Of a stretch of DNA of 64,000 bases, positions 9,701-19,590 are shown in pieces (the stretch's first letter is position 1; each line of letters starts with the position of its first letter). The notes under the pieces are model-generated. The model made no database searches. It was given only the letters and a program-made list of their open reading frames with translations, and had not been told where the DNA came from. The translations under genes were made by a program, and so were the position numbers. Location of the stretch: positions 2,372-66,371 of the forward strand of contig CBFCWN010000006.1 of the NCBI GenBank assembly GCA_965601515.1, in the 5' to 3' direction. This DNA is from an uncultured Myxococcales bacterium (GTDB lineage Bacteria; Myxococcota_A; Polyangia; Polyangiales; Houyiibacteriaceae).

Positions 9701-10090
9701 ATGAGAGAACCCAAAGCAGGTCGTGAGCTTGCGCTGCTCGTCGCCGAGGCAGCGCTCGACAAGAAAGCAAGCCGAATCGAGATCATCGATGTACGCGACA
9801 AGGTCGACTACACCGACTACGTCGTGGTCATGAGCGGTCGAAGCGATCGTCAGGTCGCCGCGATTGCGCGTGGCATCGAAGAAGAGCTCAAGCTGAAGCA
9901 CGGGACACGCTGCGAAGGCGTCGAAGGGCTTCCGCAGGGCAACTGGGTTCTTCTCGACTTCTCCGATGTCGTCGTGCACATCTTCCATGAGGAGGCGCGC
10001 GGCTTCTACGATCTCGAGGGCCTTTGGCTCGATGCAGACCGGGTGGAGTTCGAAGGCCAGCAGGTCGAAGAGGGTTTCGTCTTTCCGTAA
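9701..10090 (+). CDS. rsfS: Ribosome silencing factor (iojap family)
   Basis: KKASRIEIIDVRDKVDYTDYVVVMSGRSDRQVAAIARGIEEELK is typical RsfS. ATG at 9701 is chosen, but TTG at 9647 or ATG at 9584 are possible in the same frame. Confidence 0.85.
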   Translation: MREPKAGRELALLVAEAALDKKASRIEIIDVRDKVDYTDYVVVMSGRSDRQVAAIARGIEEELKLKHGTRCEGVEGLPQGNWVLLDFSDVVVHIFHEEARGFYDLEGLWLDADRVEFEGQQVEEGFVFP

Positions 10091-10096
10091 ACCCTC

Positions 10097-10537
10097 GTGC
10101 GCGTCCGAATCATCGCCGTAGGAAAGGCCAAGGATCGCGATCTGCGGTCGTTGCTCAGTGACTACTACGGGCGAATCGGTCGGCACGCGAAGCTCGAAGA
10201 AGTCGAGCTCAAAGACGGAAAGGAGGCGGAGGTCAGCGACCGCCTCGCCCGCAGCATCCCAGACCGATCGCGAGTCGTCGCGCTCGAAGTCGACGGGCGG
10301 GCCATGAGCAGCAAAGCGCTGGCCAAGTGGATCGACCGAGCGGAAAACGACTCGGTCCAAACCGTGGTCTTTCTCATCGGCGGGGCGTACGGCCTCCCCA
10401 ACGAGATCTCCGCCAGGGCCGACCTGCGCCTTTCGCTCTCCGCCATGACGCTCCCCCACCGCCTCGCCCGCCTGGTCCTCGCCGAACAACTCTACCGAGC
10501 CTTCACGATCTCGAGAGGCGAACCGTACGACCACTAA
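10097..10537 (+). CDS. rlmH: 23S rRNA (pseudouridine1915-N3)-methyltransferase
   Basis: SPOUT fold, with the C-terminal LSLSAMTLPHRLARLVLAEQLYRAF signature. Conserved rsfS-rlmH pairing. GTG start. Confidence 0.9.
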   Translation: MRVRIIAVGKAKDRDLRSLLSDYYGRIGRHAKLEEVELKDGKEAEVSDRLARSIPDRSRVVALEVDGRAMSSKALAKWIDRAENDSVQTVVFLIGGAYGLPNEISARADLRLSLSAMTLPHRLARLVLAEQLYRAFTISRGEPYDH

Positions 10538-10650
10538 TCCCCGCGCGGGCGAAGCTCTCGCGAAAACCATCGCCCCACACCGAGATCCGCTGGAAGGATG
10601 ACGCACGCCTTGCCGACGCAACAAAGGCCCGGTTTCCCCGATGAGCGGTC

Positions 10651-11268
10651 GTGCAGGCGATACGCTCCCTAGCAACTGGCCTCCAGGACCTCCTCTGCCC
10701 ACCAACCTGCTTGTCGTGCACCACCGCCACGCCCTCGCCTTTCTGCCTCAGCTGTCAATCGCTCCTCGAACCATCCCCCACCGACGGCGCCGTCTTCCTC
10801 TACGGAGGTCCCATCGCCGACGCGATCCACCGGTTCAAGTACGAGGGCCGAAGCGACCTCGCACCAGCGTTCGGTGCTCTGATGGCCGACGCCGCCAAGC
10901 CGCTCATCGGCTGTGTCGACGCCGTAGTCCACGTCCCGCTCCACTCGCGAAGGCGCCGGCAGCGAGGCTTCGATCAGTCGGCACTGCTCGCGAAGCCCGT
11001 CGCGCGGGCGCTCGGGGTCAAAGCTCGCCTTCATGGTCTCCAGCGCGTGCGGTACACGCAGAGTCAGGTCGACTTGCCGCGGAGCAAGCGCCTGGGCAAC
11101 GTGCGCGGCGCCTTTCGGTGCGGGAGACTCCATTCGGCGAAGCGCGTCCTGCTGATCGACGACGTTCAGACAACGGGGGCTACCTTGGGCGCCGCTTCCG
11201 ACGCGCTTCAGGCCGCGGGGGTCGAAACGGTACGAACGCTGGTGCTTGCAACTCGCGTTCTCTCGTAG
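10651..11268 (+). CDS. ComF family protein (phosphoribosyltransferase-like)
   Basis: N-terminal double Cys pair (CPPTCLSC...CLSC) and a C-terminal PRTase loop VLLIDDVQTTGATL. Confidence 0.8.
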   Translation: MQAIRSLATGLQDLLCPPTCLSCTTATPSPFCLSCQSLLEPSPTDGAVFLYGGPIADAIHRFKYEGRSDLAPAFGALMADAAKPLIGCVDAVVHVPLHSRRRRQRGFDQSALLAKPVARALGVKARLHGLQRVRYTQSQVDLPRSKRLGNVRGAFRCGRLHSAKRVLLIDDVQTTGATLGAASDALQAAGVETVRTLVLATRVLS

Positions 11269-11286
11269 GCCACGTAAAGTAGCCTC

Positions 11287-12066
11287 GTGCACGCCTGGCT
11301 GGTCGTTGTTGTATTGCTTCTCTCTTGCGCCAAGGAGACAGCCCCGGTTCAAGACCCGCTCGACTACCTTCGAGTCGGCGTCGACCCGGTGCAGGAAGCC
11401 GACGCGATGATCGCAGAGCTTCGAAGAAATGGCTTCGAGGTCGTCCATCGTTACGATGTGCCTGGATACGTCGCGTTCGATGCGGCGTACGGCGGCGATA
11501 CCTTGGTGCGGGCCGTGAGCGAGCGAGGAGTCGTTCTCAGCGTTCAGTCGCCAGATGTCCGGTGGCCAGAGAGGCTCTGGGTAGAGCTTGCGGACGAGCC
11601 GCGTCTCGACGCGGATTCCGACGGCCGCCGAGACGTGGTCGTGTCTTTGCGCGAGCGCGATCGGGTCTGCCTCGGATGGGCCCGAATCGACGAGAATGGC
11701 TTCGCGATCGAGGTCGTGCGGCCACGCCGCGAGTGGGGCGAGAGGCCGTGCGTGCTCGAGGTCGAGCCTGGCGGTCGGCGCCTCACGTTGGAGCTCGACG
11801 TGCCGGATGCCCCAGTGCCCGGTGCCCGCGTTCGAGTACCGTTGGCCGTCGACGGTCAACGGTGGACGATCGACAGGTCGAGAGCCGCCGAAGCTCGATG
11901 GGAGTCCGAGGCCGCTGCTCGTAGGAAGCGGCTCGAGTCGCGCGAGCTACGAGGTGACGACACGAACGCGGCGCGACTGCGGGCCGAGCTCGAGTGGCTC
12001 GACCAACTTCGCAATGAGCCGGAGCCCATGCTAGAGCCGGCGAACGATGGCGAAGAAGCGCGTTGA
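11287..12066 (+). CDS. Hypothetical protein, possible lipoprotein
   Basis: GTG start. Hydrophobic N-terminus ending in LLLSC (lipobox-like). GC3-rich frame with no recognisable domain. Overlaps the smpB start by 20 nt. Confidence 0.55.
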   Translation: MHAWLVVVVLLLSCAKETAPVQDPLDYLRVGVDPVQEADAMIAELRRNGFEVVHRYDVPGYVAFDAAYGGDTLVRAVSERGVVLSVQSPDVRWPERLWVELADEPRLDADSDGRRDVVVSLRERDRVCLGWARIDENGFAIEVVRPRREWGERPCVLEVEPGGRRLTLELDVPDAPVPGARVRVPLAVDGQRWTIDRSRAAEARWESEAAARRKRLESRELRGDDTNAARLRAELEWLDQLRNEPEPMLEPANDGEEAR

Positions 12067-12535
12067 CAAAGGGGTGCCCGGGATGGATTTCCTGGTGTGC
12101 CGAAATCCGCGCGCAGCGCAGCGCTACGACATCGACGAACGGCTCGAGGCGGGCATGGTGCTTTACGGAACCGAGGTGAAGAGCCTACGAAACCGCCGAG
12201 CGAACCTCGAGGGAGCGTTTTGTCGCATCGACCGAGACGAGCTCTATCTCTACGGCATGCACATCGCGCCGTATGAACAGGGTGGGCACGCCGGCCACGA
12301 AACCCAGCGCACCCGGAAATTGCTGGTCCATAGGCGCGAGATCGAAAAGCTTCGCGGTCGTCTCACCAATCGCGGCACGGCCCTGGTTCCTCTTCAGGTG
12401 TACTTCAAGAACGGCGTCGCGAAGGTGCAGCTTGGTCTCGGTCGCGGAAAGAAGAAGGGAGACGATCGCGAATCCATCCGACGCCAAGAAGACCTCAAAG
12501 AGGCGCGCGCCGCGATGCAGCGGCAGAAGGGCTGA
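12047..12535 (+). CDS. smpB: SsrA-binding protein
   Basis: EAGMVLYGTEVKSLR, LYLYGMHIAPYE and RTRKLLVHRREI motifs with a basic C-terminal tail. Confidence 0.95.
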   Translation: MAKKRVDKGVPGMDFLVCRNPRAAQRYDIDERLEAGMVLYGTEVKSLRNRRANLEGAFCRIDRDELYLYGMHIAPYEQGGHAGHETQRTRKLLVHRREIEKLRGRLTNRGTALVPLQVYFKNGVAKVQLGLGRGKKKGDDRESIRRQEDLKEARAAMQRQKG

Positions 12536-12540
12536 CCGCG

Positions 12541-12801
12541 ATGAATCTGCGTCTCAGCTCTGGCGAACCGGTGATCGCCAAGCGTTTCGAGGGCAACGTC
12601 CTCACGCTCCATTCTCCGAAGGCGTTCGCGCCGGGCTCGCCGATCTCGTTCGACACCGGTGACGACGAGCCCAAGCGAGCGTTTGAAGGCCGAACGATCG
12701 GCTCGAAGCGAATCCACGACGGCACCTTCGAAGTGCGACTTCGCCTGGTCAATCTGCGGCGCGAACACCGTCTCTTCCTCGAGGAACGCCTCGCTCGCTA
12801 A
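12541..12801 (+). CDS. Small hypothetical protein (86 aa)
   Basis: ATG start 5 nt after the smpB stop, GC3-rich codons, predicted beta-rich. No canonical PilZ RxxxR/DxSxxG motifs. Its stop overlaps the thrC stop. Confidence 0.45.
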   Translation: MNLRLSSGEPVIAKRFEGNVLTLHSPKAFAPGSPISFDTGDDEPKRAFEGRTIGSKRIHDGTFEVRLRLVNLRREHRLFLEERLAR

Positions 12802-14132
12802 GTGCGCTTCTCGAGCTCGGTGAAGACCGCCTGCTTCACCGCTTCGTAGTCGCTTGGGAGCATCACCGGCTTATTCGGGTGCTGACTTTCGACGCCGGGG
12901 ATCTCGTTGTCGTGGTAGCGAATCTTGAACTGAGTGAACTTGAGGCCGTTGGCTGTCGAAATCACGACGACCTTTTGCCCACGTTCGATCGTACCCTTCG
13001 CACGAAGCTTTTCGAGCGCAGCGAGGGCAACGCCCGTATGCGGGCAGGTGTAGCTGCCATACCGGTCGGCGGCTGCGGCGGCTTCTGCAAGCTCCGTTTC
13101 GCTCGCCTGTTCGACGACCCCGTCGAACGCTTTCAGTGCGCGAATCGCGCGCCGAATGCTGACCGGATTGCCGATTCGAATCGCACTCGCCTCGGTTTCG
13201 CCCGCTGTGATGGGCTCGAAGTTGTCCCAGCCGGCCTGGTATGCGCGATAGAGCGGGTTCGCACGCTCAGCCTGCGCGAGGCAGATGCGTGGGCGCTTCG
13301 AGATGAGGCCGAGCTCGTGCATCATGTCGAAGCCTGCGCCGAGCGCTGCCACGTTTCCAAGGTTCCCACCCGGAATGATCACCCAGTCGGGGACTTCCCA
13401 ATCGAACTGCTGGACGATCTCGATCGCAACGGTCTTCTGACCCTCGAGGCGAAGCGAGTTCATCGAGTTGGCGAGGTAGATGCTCTTTTCGGTCGTGAGC
13501 TGCTGCACGATCGACATGCACCCATCAAAGTCGGTATCGAGCGCGCAGACGAGCGCTCCGTTGGCGAGCGGTTGAACGAGCTGCGCCGTGGTGACCTTGC
13601 CCTTCGGGAGCAGTACCACCGAGGGAATTCCCGCGGACGCGCAGTAGGCCGCAAGCGCCGCGGACGTGTCGCCCGTCGATGCGCAGGCGATCGCGCGGAT
13701 GGGTTTCCCGTCTGCGATCGCTTGCTTCACCGTGCTGACGAGCACGGTCATCCCGAGGTCCTTGAACGAGCCGGTGTGGCTGTTGCCGCAGTTCTTGATC
13801 CAGACGTCGTCGAGACCGAGGCTCTTGCCGTACCGCTCGGCCCAGAAGAGGTTGGTGCCCCCTTCCGCCGTCGAGACGATGTTTTCACTTCGGAGCTCGG
13901 GCTGGACCCACTCCTTCTTTCCCCAGACTCCGCTGCCGTACGGCCAGTCCCGGGTCATCCAACGCTGGTCGAAGAGCCGGCTCCAGGCCGAACCGCTGCG
14001 GTCCTTCAGCGCGTCCATGTCGTGGTGCACCTCGAGCAGCTCGCCGCACTCCTGGCAGGAGTAGATGACCTCGTCGAGAGGGTAGCTGCCGTGGCATCCG
14101 GCGACGCAGCGAAAGGAAGCGCTGTAGCTCAT
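12798..14132 (-). CDS. thrC: Threonine synthase
   Basis: N-terminal zinc-ribbon Cys pairs (CVAGC...CQEC), PLP lysine context SFKDLGM, and full-length PLP fold type II. Confidence 0.95.
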   Translation of the reverse strand: MSYSASFRCVAGCHGSYPLDEVIYSCQECGELLEVHHDMDALKDRSGSAWSRLFDQRWMTRDWPYGSGVWGKKEWVQPELRSENIVSTAEGGTNLFWAERYGKSLGLDDVWIKNCGNSHTGSFKDLGMTVLVSTVKQAIADGKPIRAIACASTGDTSAALAAYCASAGIPSVVLLPKGKVTTAQLVQPLANGALVCALDTDFDGCMSIVQQLTTEKSIYLANSMNSLRLEGQKTVAIEIVQQFDWEVPDWVIIPGGNLGNVAALGAGFDMMHELGLISKRPRICLAQAERANPLYRAYQAGWDNFEPITAGETEASAIRIGNPVSIRRAIRALKAFDGVVEQASETELAEAAAAADRYGSYTCPHTGVALAALEKLRAKGTIERGQKVVVISTANGLKFTQFKIRYHDNEIPGVESQHPNKPVMLPSDYEAVKQAVFTELEKRT

Positions 14133-14186
14133 GGGTGCGCCAGTATAGGGCCTTGCGCAAGGGGCGCACCTCGCCCGCTCGAGCCC

Positions 14187-15518
14187 CTATGCACCGGTCT
14201 TTTGTTCTGGTCCCGGCACGATCGAAAAGGATGGGGAGCTCGGACTACGCGCGAGCTCCTCGAGGTAGGCGACCATCTTGGGGTGCTTGGCTACCAGCTC
14301 GTGGAAGCGTCGCGAGGAGAGCCGCAGCACGAGCACGTCGGAGTCGGCGCGGACGGTAATCGTCGATGGCTTTCCCGTCAGCATCGAATGCTGCCCGAGC
14401 GCCCGCCCAAGCTTGAGCTCGCCCGCGACCTCGCCCTCCGCTCCCACGGCGAGAAGCTTTCCAATCATGGGAATGTAGAGTCCGTCGGCGCGCATCCCCG
14501 CGTCGAGAATGTTCGTACCCATGGTTGCGCGACGAACACCGAACATGCTCGCGACCTCCGAGCGTGTCGGCTGATCGAAACCGGCGAACATCGGCGACGC
14601 ACGCACGAGAGTCGCAACCAGACGCCTTCCCAGGATCTCGAGCATGACGTCGGCGATCATCGGATAGTCTTCGACGAGTCGGTCGAGGAGCAGCTTGCTG
14701 ACCCGGAGGGCGCGCACGTGGGTTCGGGTCGCGACCTGGGCTTCGTACGTGACGTGATCGAGCAGGCACGAGATGCCAACGAGGTCTCCTTCGGACAGGA
14801 CGATGCTGTCCTCGTCCTGAACACGAGTGAACTGTACGCTCCCTTCGATCAGCACGTAGAAAGCGTCTGCGGTCGTGCCGCGCTCGATGAGAACGGCGTC
14901 TGCTGGAAGCTCGATCAGCTGGGACTCGCGAACGAGTCGAACGAGTGCGTCCTGGGGCAGCTCGGCGAAGAGCGGCATCGAGGGGAGTAGGGCGAGCTCC
15001 GAAGCGGGCGGTCGTTCCGTGAATGACTCGGGATCGGGCTCCGATCGATCGCCGAGCTCGACGTCCGAGAGCTGGAGGTCGAGCGTCATCTCCGCGGGAG
15101 GCTGCGAGAACCGGTTGAGGTCGCCCTCAGGTGCCGCGAGGAGAGGAAGGGCGTCCGCACTGATGCGGCGGATGTGGGTGCGATTGGATCGATGAAGCTC
15201 CCGGGCGGCGTCGGGGTTCACCCGGTCGAGCACGTCGTCGCGAGTCGGGTCGATTCCAATGACGACTTTGGCCATCGCGGCGGCGCGAGCGATGAACCCC
15301 TGTCCGGCATAGAGGTCGACGGCCCGAATGTAGGACTCGACGGCGTCGTCCACGTGACCCATACGTTTGAGCAGGTCTCCGCGTCGGTGCGGCCACCTCG
15401 GTTCGCGGCGCTCCAGGCGTTCGAGCTGCTTGTACAGGCCGAGGGCCTCGGTGAAGCGACTACGTTCGAGCGCCCGCTGCAACTGGTTGCGGAGTTTTTT
15501 TGTGTGGGTTCCCGACAC
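14187..15518 (-). CDS. TPR-like N-terminal domain plus two cyclic-nucleotide-binding domains
   Basis: N-terminal helical-repeat region. Two cNMP-binding-like segments (LFAELPQDALVRLV...IERGTTADAFYVLIEGSV and FAGFDQPTRSEVASMF...GMRADGLYIPMIGKL). No recognisable output domain. Confidence 0.8.
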   Translation of the reverse strand: MSGTHTKKLRNQLQRALERSRFTEALGLYKQLERLERREPRWPHRRGDLLKRMGHVDDAVESYIRAVDLYAGQGFIARAAAMAKVVIGIDPTRDDVLDRVNPDAARELHRSNRTHIRRISADALPLLAAPEGDLNRFSQPPAEMTLDLQLSDVELGDRSEPDPESFTERPPASELALLPSMPLFAELPQDALVRLVRESQLIELPADAVLIERGTTADAFYVLIEGSVQFTRVQDEDSIVLSEGDLVGISCLLDHVTYEAQVATRTHVRALRVSKLLLDRLVEDYPMIADVMLEILGRRLVATLVRASPMFAGFDQPTRSEVASMFGVRRATMGTNILDAGMRADGLYIPMIGKLLAVGAEGEVAGELKLGRALGQHSMLTGKPSTITVRADSDVLVLRLSSRRFHELVAKHPKMVAYLEELARSPSSPSFSIVPGPEQKTGA

Positions 15519-15601
15519 GGACTCTCAACCTTATACGCTATTGGACGATGTCCAAAGCGGTGGGCCCTGGGTCGATCGCTGCTACCCTCCGGATACACTT
15601 C

Positions 15602-17041
15602 ATGAGCCTTTTCGTTCGACTCATTCGCGCCCAGCTGAGCTTTGGGGTCATTTTCCTCAGCTATATGGTGCAGCTCGGCCTCTTGAAGATGTTTCGGCGC
15701 TGGGAGATCGATCCAGAGACTGGACGTGAGGAACCTCACGTTCCCGCCTGGCTCCGGCGGCGACAGGCCCGAGTCGACGAGGTGAATTCGCGACGTTCGC
15801 TGGCCGCGATCCTCAAACTGCGCGGCGTTTACATCAAGCTCGGTCAGGTTTTGTCGATCATGGGCGGTTTTCTTCCGGCCGTTTACATCGAAAAGCTCGA
15901 ATCTCTCCAAGATTCCGTCCCGCCACATCCCTTCGACGAGATCGAGGAGGCTTTCCTCAAAAGCCTCGGCGACAGGCCAGAGGCGTTCTTTGAGCGGATG
16001 GAGCGGGAGCCCGTGGCCGCCGCATCGCTCGGTCAGGTTCACGTCGCCTACATGCCGGATGGGCGAAAAGCCGCCGTGAAGGTTCTCTATCCGGGCATCC
16101 GGGACGTGGTCCGTGTCGACCTTCGGGTCATCCGGCTCATGGTCCGCGTCTACAAGTGGTTCGTGCCGGTCCAGAACATCGAGGTGGTGCACTCCTCGCT
16201 CGTCGACCTGCTCCGGCGCGAAACCGACTATCTCCACGAGGCCGACTGCATGCGTCGTATGTCGGCCAACTTCGCGTCTGACGACCACATCCTCTTTCCG
16301 GAGGTCATCGACAACGTCACCACGAAAGACGTGCTGACGATGACCTTCATGGAGGGCATCAAGATCTCTCGCATCGATGAGATTCGCGAAGCGGGGGTCA
16401 ATCTCGACAAGCTCGGCGAACGCCTCGTGAAGAGCTTTTACAAGCAGGTGTTCGTCGACCGGTTCTTCCACGCCGACCCGCATCCAGGGAACTTCCTGGT
16501 GCAGCCTATCGAGGGGTCCGAAGACGCAAACATCGTCGTGCTCGACTTTGGCGCGATCAGCGTGGTCGACGAAAAGACGATGTTCGGTATGGTCGACGTG
16601 CTGCGAGGTTTCTTCGAGCAGAACGACAACCTCGTTCTGAGGGGCATCGAGGACATTGGCTTCGTGGCCGACGGCGGCGACCGCAAGCTCCTCGAGCAGA
16701 CGGTCAAGACCTACTTCAAGAAGCTTCTGAAGCTCGAGACATACGCGCCCTCCGTCCTGATGAACCGCAACGCGAAGGAGCTAGAAGCCCTTGCCGACCC
16801 CGAGGTCGCTCGCCGCGAGCTTCGGAGTCTCATGAGGTCGGTGAAGTATCCAGACGGCTGGTTCTACGTCGAGCGCGCTTCGTTGATGATGTTCTGGCTT
16901 GCGGGGCAGATCGCGCCGGACCTGAACCAGTTCCAAATCGGGTTCCCCTACGTGCTCCCGCTGCTCTCGCAGCGTCTCCAAAAGAGTCGGCCCTCCAATC
17001 CGCCGCCGGTCGATGAACCGCTCGCAGCCGTGCCTAGCTAG
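15602..17041 (+). CDS. ABC1/UbiB family atypical protein kinase
   Basis: AAASLGQVHVA, HADPHPGNFLV and LDFGA motifs. ATG at 15602 is chosen within the ORF that opens at 15500. Confidence 0.9.
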   Translation: MSLFVRLIRAQLSFGVIFLSYMVQLGLLKMFRRWEIDPETGREEPHVPAWLRRRQARVDEVNSRRSLAAILKLRGVYIKLGQVLSIMGGFLPAVYIEKLESLQDSVPPHPFDEIEEAFLKSLGDRPEAFFERMEREPVAAASLGQVHVAYMPDGRKAAVKVLYPGIRDVVRVDLRVIRLMVRVYKWFVPVQNIEVVHSSLVDLLRRETDYLHEADCMRRMSANFASDDHILFPEVIDNVTTKDVLTMTFMEGIKISRIDEIREAGVNLDKLGERLVKSFYKQVFVDRFFHADPHPGNFLVQPIEGSEDANIVVLDFGAISVVDEKTMFGMVDVLRGFFEQNDNLVLRGIEDIGFVADGGDRKLLEQTVKTYFKKLLKLETYAPSVLMNRNAKELEALADPEVARRELRSLMRSVKYPDGWFYVERASLMMFWLAGQIAPDLNQFQIGFPYVLPLLSQRLQKSRPSNPPPVDEPLAAVPS

Positions 17042-17045
17042 TGAG

Positions 17046-17462
17046 ATGAGCCGCGTCGTCGGAATCGACCCCGGCCAAGCACGTATCGGCGTTGCGATAT
17101 CGGACGAGGGGCGCTCGATCGCGTTCCCTCGCGAAACGATCTCCGCCGAGGGTGGATGGGTGCAGGCTGCAGGTCGGGTTCGTGAGGCCTTGTCGGAGGA
17201 CGACGTCGACACCGTCGTCGTGGGGTTGCCTCTCCGACTGGACGGCACCGAAGGTGAGGCAGCGCGGCGGGCTCGGGGTTTCGGCGCCGCGCTTGCCGAC
17301 GCCATGCAGGTGGAGGTCGTCTTTTGGGATGAACGGCTCACGACCGTGGCGGCCGAGCGCTCGCTGACGGAGATGGGACGTCGAGGGTCCAGGAGACGTG
17401 AGGTCGTCGATCAATCCGCTGCCACCATCTTGCTTCAAGGGTTTTTAGACGCCAATACGTGA
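17046..17462 (+). CDS. ruvX: Holliday junction resolvase-like protein (YqgF)
   Basis: VVGIDPGQARIGVAISD start motif, about 138 aa. Followed by mltG, a conserved pairing. Confidence 0.9.
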   Translation: MSRVVGIDPGQARIGVAISDEGRSIAFPRETISAEGGWVQAAGRVREALSEDDVDTVVVGLPLRLDGTEGEAARRARGFGAALADAMQVEVVFWDERLTTVAAERSLTEMGRRGSRRREVVDQSAATILLQGFLDANT

Positions 17463-18577
17463 GCCACGTGGACGGGTCCGAGCAGCGGATAAAGGTCGTA
17501 GGGAGACACAAGCTGGGGGTGGGGAGGCTCATCAGCATGCTGACCCTCCTCGCCGTGCTCGGCGCGTTGGGAGCGCTCGGATGGTTGTTCGTGGTGTACC
17601 CCGATTCGAGTGGACCGCGGGGGGATGAAGAAGTCGTGCTCGAGGTGGCGGAGGGCACCTCGCTAAAGGCACTGGCGAAGAACCTCGAGGACGCCGGCGT
17701 CCTGTCGAGCGCGCGCGTCTGGTCCGTCTACATGAGAATGCGAGGGCTCGACCGTCACCTGCGACAGGGCAAGATCCGGTTTCGGACGCCGATGACCCCC
17801 GAGGAGGTTGCGCGGTACGCGACGACCCGCCTCGGACGCATTCAGATTCGCATTCTCATCCCTGAGGGCTTCTCTCGGTTCGAAATCGCCGAACGTCTCG
17901 AAGAGTACGGCGTGTGCGACGCGGACGACTTCCTCGATGCAACCGAAGACAGCTCGCTTCTGGCAAGCTACGGCGTGGAAGCCCACGACGCGGAGGGGTA
18001 TCTCTTCCCAGACACCTACGAGTTCGACGACAACACGAAGGCGCGTCGCGTGGTCGAGAGGATGCTCGCAAACTGGTCGCGGCGCTATGAAGAGCTTCAG
18101 GACGAGTATGCGAACGAGCTCTCAGCGCTCGACGACTGGTCCACGCACGAGCTCGTGACGCTCGCGTCCATCGTCGAAAAAGAGGCGGCTTCGCCGTCTG
18201 AACGCGCGCGAATCGCCGGCGTGTTCTGGAATCGCCTCAACTCGAAGGGCTTCTTGCCGCGGAAGAGGCTCCAAGCGGACCCGACGGTCCAGTACGGCTG
18301 CGTCGCGGAGCCGGACGCGGCACCTTCTTGCGAAACCTTCGACGGTCGGATCACGCGCGCCATGCTCGATGACCGGAAGAACCCCTACAACACCTATCGC
18401 CACTCGGGACTTCCGCCCGGACCGATCAGCAACCCCGGCAAGGCGACGCTGGCCGCGGTCATCAAACCCGAGGAGCACGACTACTTTTACTTCGTTGCGA
18501 AGGGCAAGGGTCGGCACCACTTCAGCAAGACGCTTCGACAGCACAACATCGCCGTGCGTCGCCAGAACGCGAAATGA
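17459..18577 (+). CDS. mltG: Endolytic murein transglycosylase (YceG family)
   Basis: N-terminal TM anchor, LASIVEKEA catalytic Glu context, YFYFVAKGKGRHHFSKTLRQHN C-terminus. GTGA overlap with ruvX. Confidence 0.9.
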   Translation: MSHVDGSEQRIKVVGRHKLGVGRLISMLTLLAVLGALGALGWLFVVYPDSSGPRGDEEVVLEVAEGTSLKALAKNLEDAGVLSSARVWSVYMRMRGLDRHLRQGKIRFRTPMTPEEVARYATTRLGRIQIRILIPEGFSRFEIAERLEEYGVCDADDFLDATEDSSLLASYGVEAHDAEGYLFPDTYEFDDNTKARRVVERMLANWSRRYEELQDEYANELSALDDWSTHELVTLASIVEKEAASPSERARIAGVFWNRLNSKGFLPRKRLQADPTVQYGCVAEPDAAPSCETFDGRITRAMLDDRKNPYNTYRHSGLPPGPISNPGKATLAAVIKPEEHDYFYFVAKGKGRHHFSKTLRQHNIAVRRQNAK

Positions 18578-19584
18578 GCCAGAGGCGCACCAAGAGCCCT
18601 CTTTTCGGGACGGATGACCCTCAGCTCGGACTCTTCGAGCAACCGGCGAGCGACGCTCGAGACCCGGTCGAAGAGAAACAGTCGTCGCTCCAAGCGCTGG
18701 CAGAGCGGCTGCCCGCCAAACTTCGCTTCGGAACGTCGAGCTGGACCTTTCCTGGCTGGGCCGGGCTCGTGTACCACCGCCGCTACGCGAACCAGCGAGC
18801 GTTTCTGAGGGACTCGCTCGAAGAGTATGCCGCCCACCCTTTGATGCGCACCGTGGGAATCGACCGTGGCTACTACACGCCCGTCCCAGCGGAGGACCTC
18901 GCGCGCTACGCCGAGCAGCTTCCCGGTGATTTCCGCGCAGCGATGAAGGTCTGGCAGCAGGTCACCATGCCGGGATACCCAAGGCACCCGCGATACGGCG
19001 CGAACGCCGGTAACGAGAACGTCGACTTCCTCAACCCGGAGCTCTTCGCGGAGGCCGTGCACGCGCCCGTGCGTGAAGCCTTCTCGGAGCACATGGGTCC
19101 GTGGATCGTCGAGGTAGCGCCGTCGCCGTTCCGCCTCGACCCCGTCTGGTTCAACGAAAAGCTTGCCGCCTTTCTCGATTCGGTGCCTCGGGACTTTCCA
19201 CTGGCGGTCGAGCTGAGAGACCGAAATCTCCTCACGGCGGGCTACGCGAAAGTGCTTCGCGATCACGACGCGTCGCACGTCTTCAACTATTGGTCTCGGA
19301 TGCCGGACCTCGCCGAACAGATGCGGGTCGAGGGCCTGCTCGAGGGCTCCTTCGTCATCACGAGGCTGCTGCTTCCGCCGGGGACGCGATACGCGGACCT
19401 GAAGGAAGCGTACGCGCCGTTCGACCGCCTGGTCGATCCTCAACCACGAATGAGGCGAGACGTCGTCGCGCTCGTGCGAGCTGCGCTCGAACGCGACGTG
19501 GAGTGCTTCGTGCTGGTCAACAACAAGGCCGAAGGTTCGTCGCCCTTGACCGTAGAGGCGCTTGCGCGCGAGCTTGCGGGGTAG
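18574..19584 (+). CDS. DUF72 family protein
   Basis: FGTSSWTFPGWAGLVY motif and a length typical of the DUF72 TIM-barrel family. ATGA overlap with mltG. Confidence 0.8.
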   Translation: MSQRRTKSPLFGTDDPQLGLFEQPASDARDPVEEKQSSLQALAERLPAKLRFGTSSWTFPGWAGLVYHRRYANQRAFLRDSLEEYAAHPLMRTVGIDRGYYTPVPAEDLARYAEQLPGDFRAAMKVWQQVTMPGYPRHPRYGANAGNENVDFLNPELFAEAVHAPVREAFSEHMGPWIVEVAPSPFRLDPVWFNEKLAAFLDSVPRDFPLAVELRDRNLLTAGYAKVLRDHDASHVFNYWSRMPDLAEQMRVEGLLEGSFVITRLLLPPGTRYADLKEAYAPFDRLVDPQPRMRRDVVALVRAALERDVECFVLVNNKAEGSSPLTVEALARELAG

Positions 19585-19590
19585 GTTGCC

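Noticed and set aside
9617-11859. Long minus-strand ORFs (9617..10705 and 10669..11859) opposite rsfS, rlmH, comF and the lipoprotein gene
   Set aside because: They are antisense to recognisable genes and have no motifs. Same shadow-ORF reasoning.
12536-12800. Possible tmRNA (ssrA) next to smpB
   Set aside because: The gap is too short for a tmRNA of about 350 nt. I saw no tRNA-like acceptor/T-arm ends or tag reading frame, and the region reads as a GC3-biased ORF instead.
12879-14990. 703-aa plus-strand ORF spanning the thrC and cNMP-protein loci
   Set aside because: It runs antisense across two independent, well-supported minus-strand genes and the gap between them. It is a GC-driven open frame.
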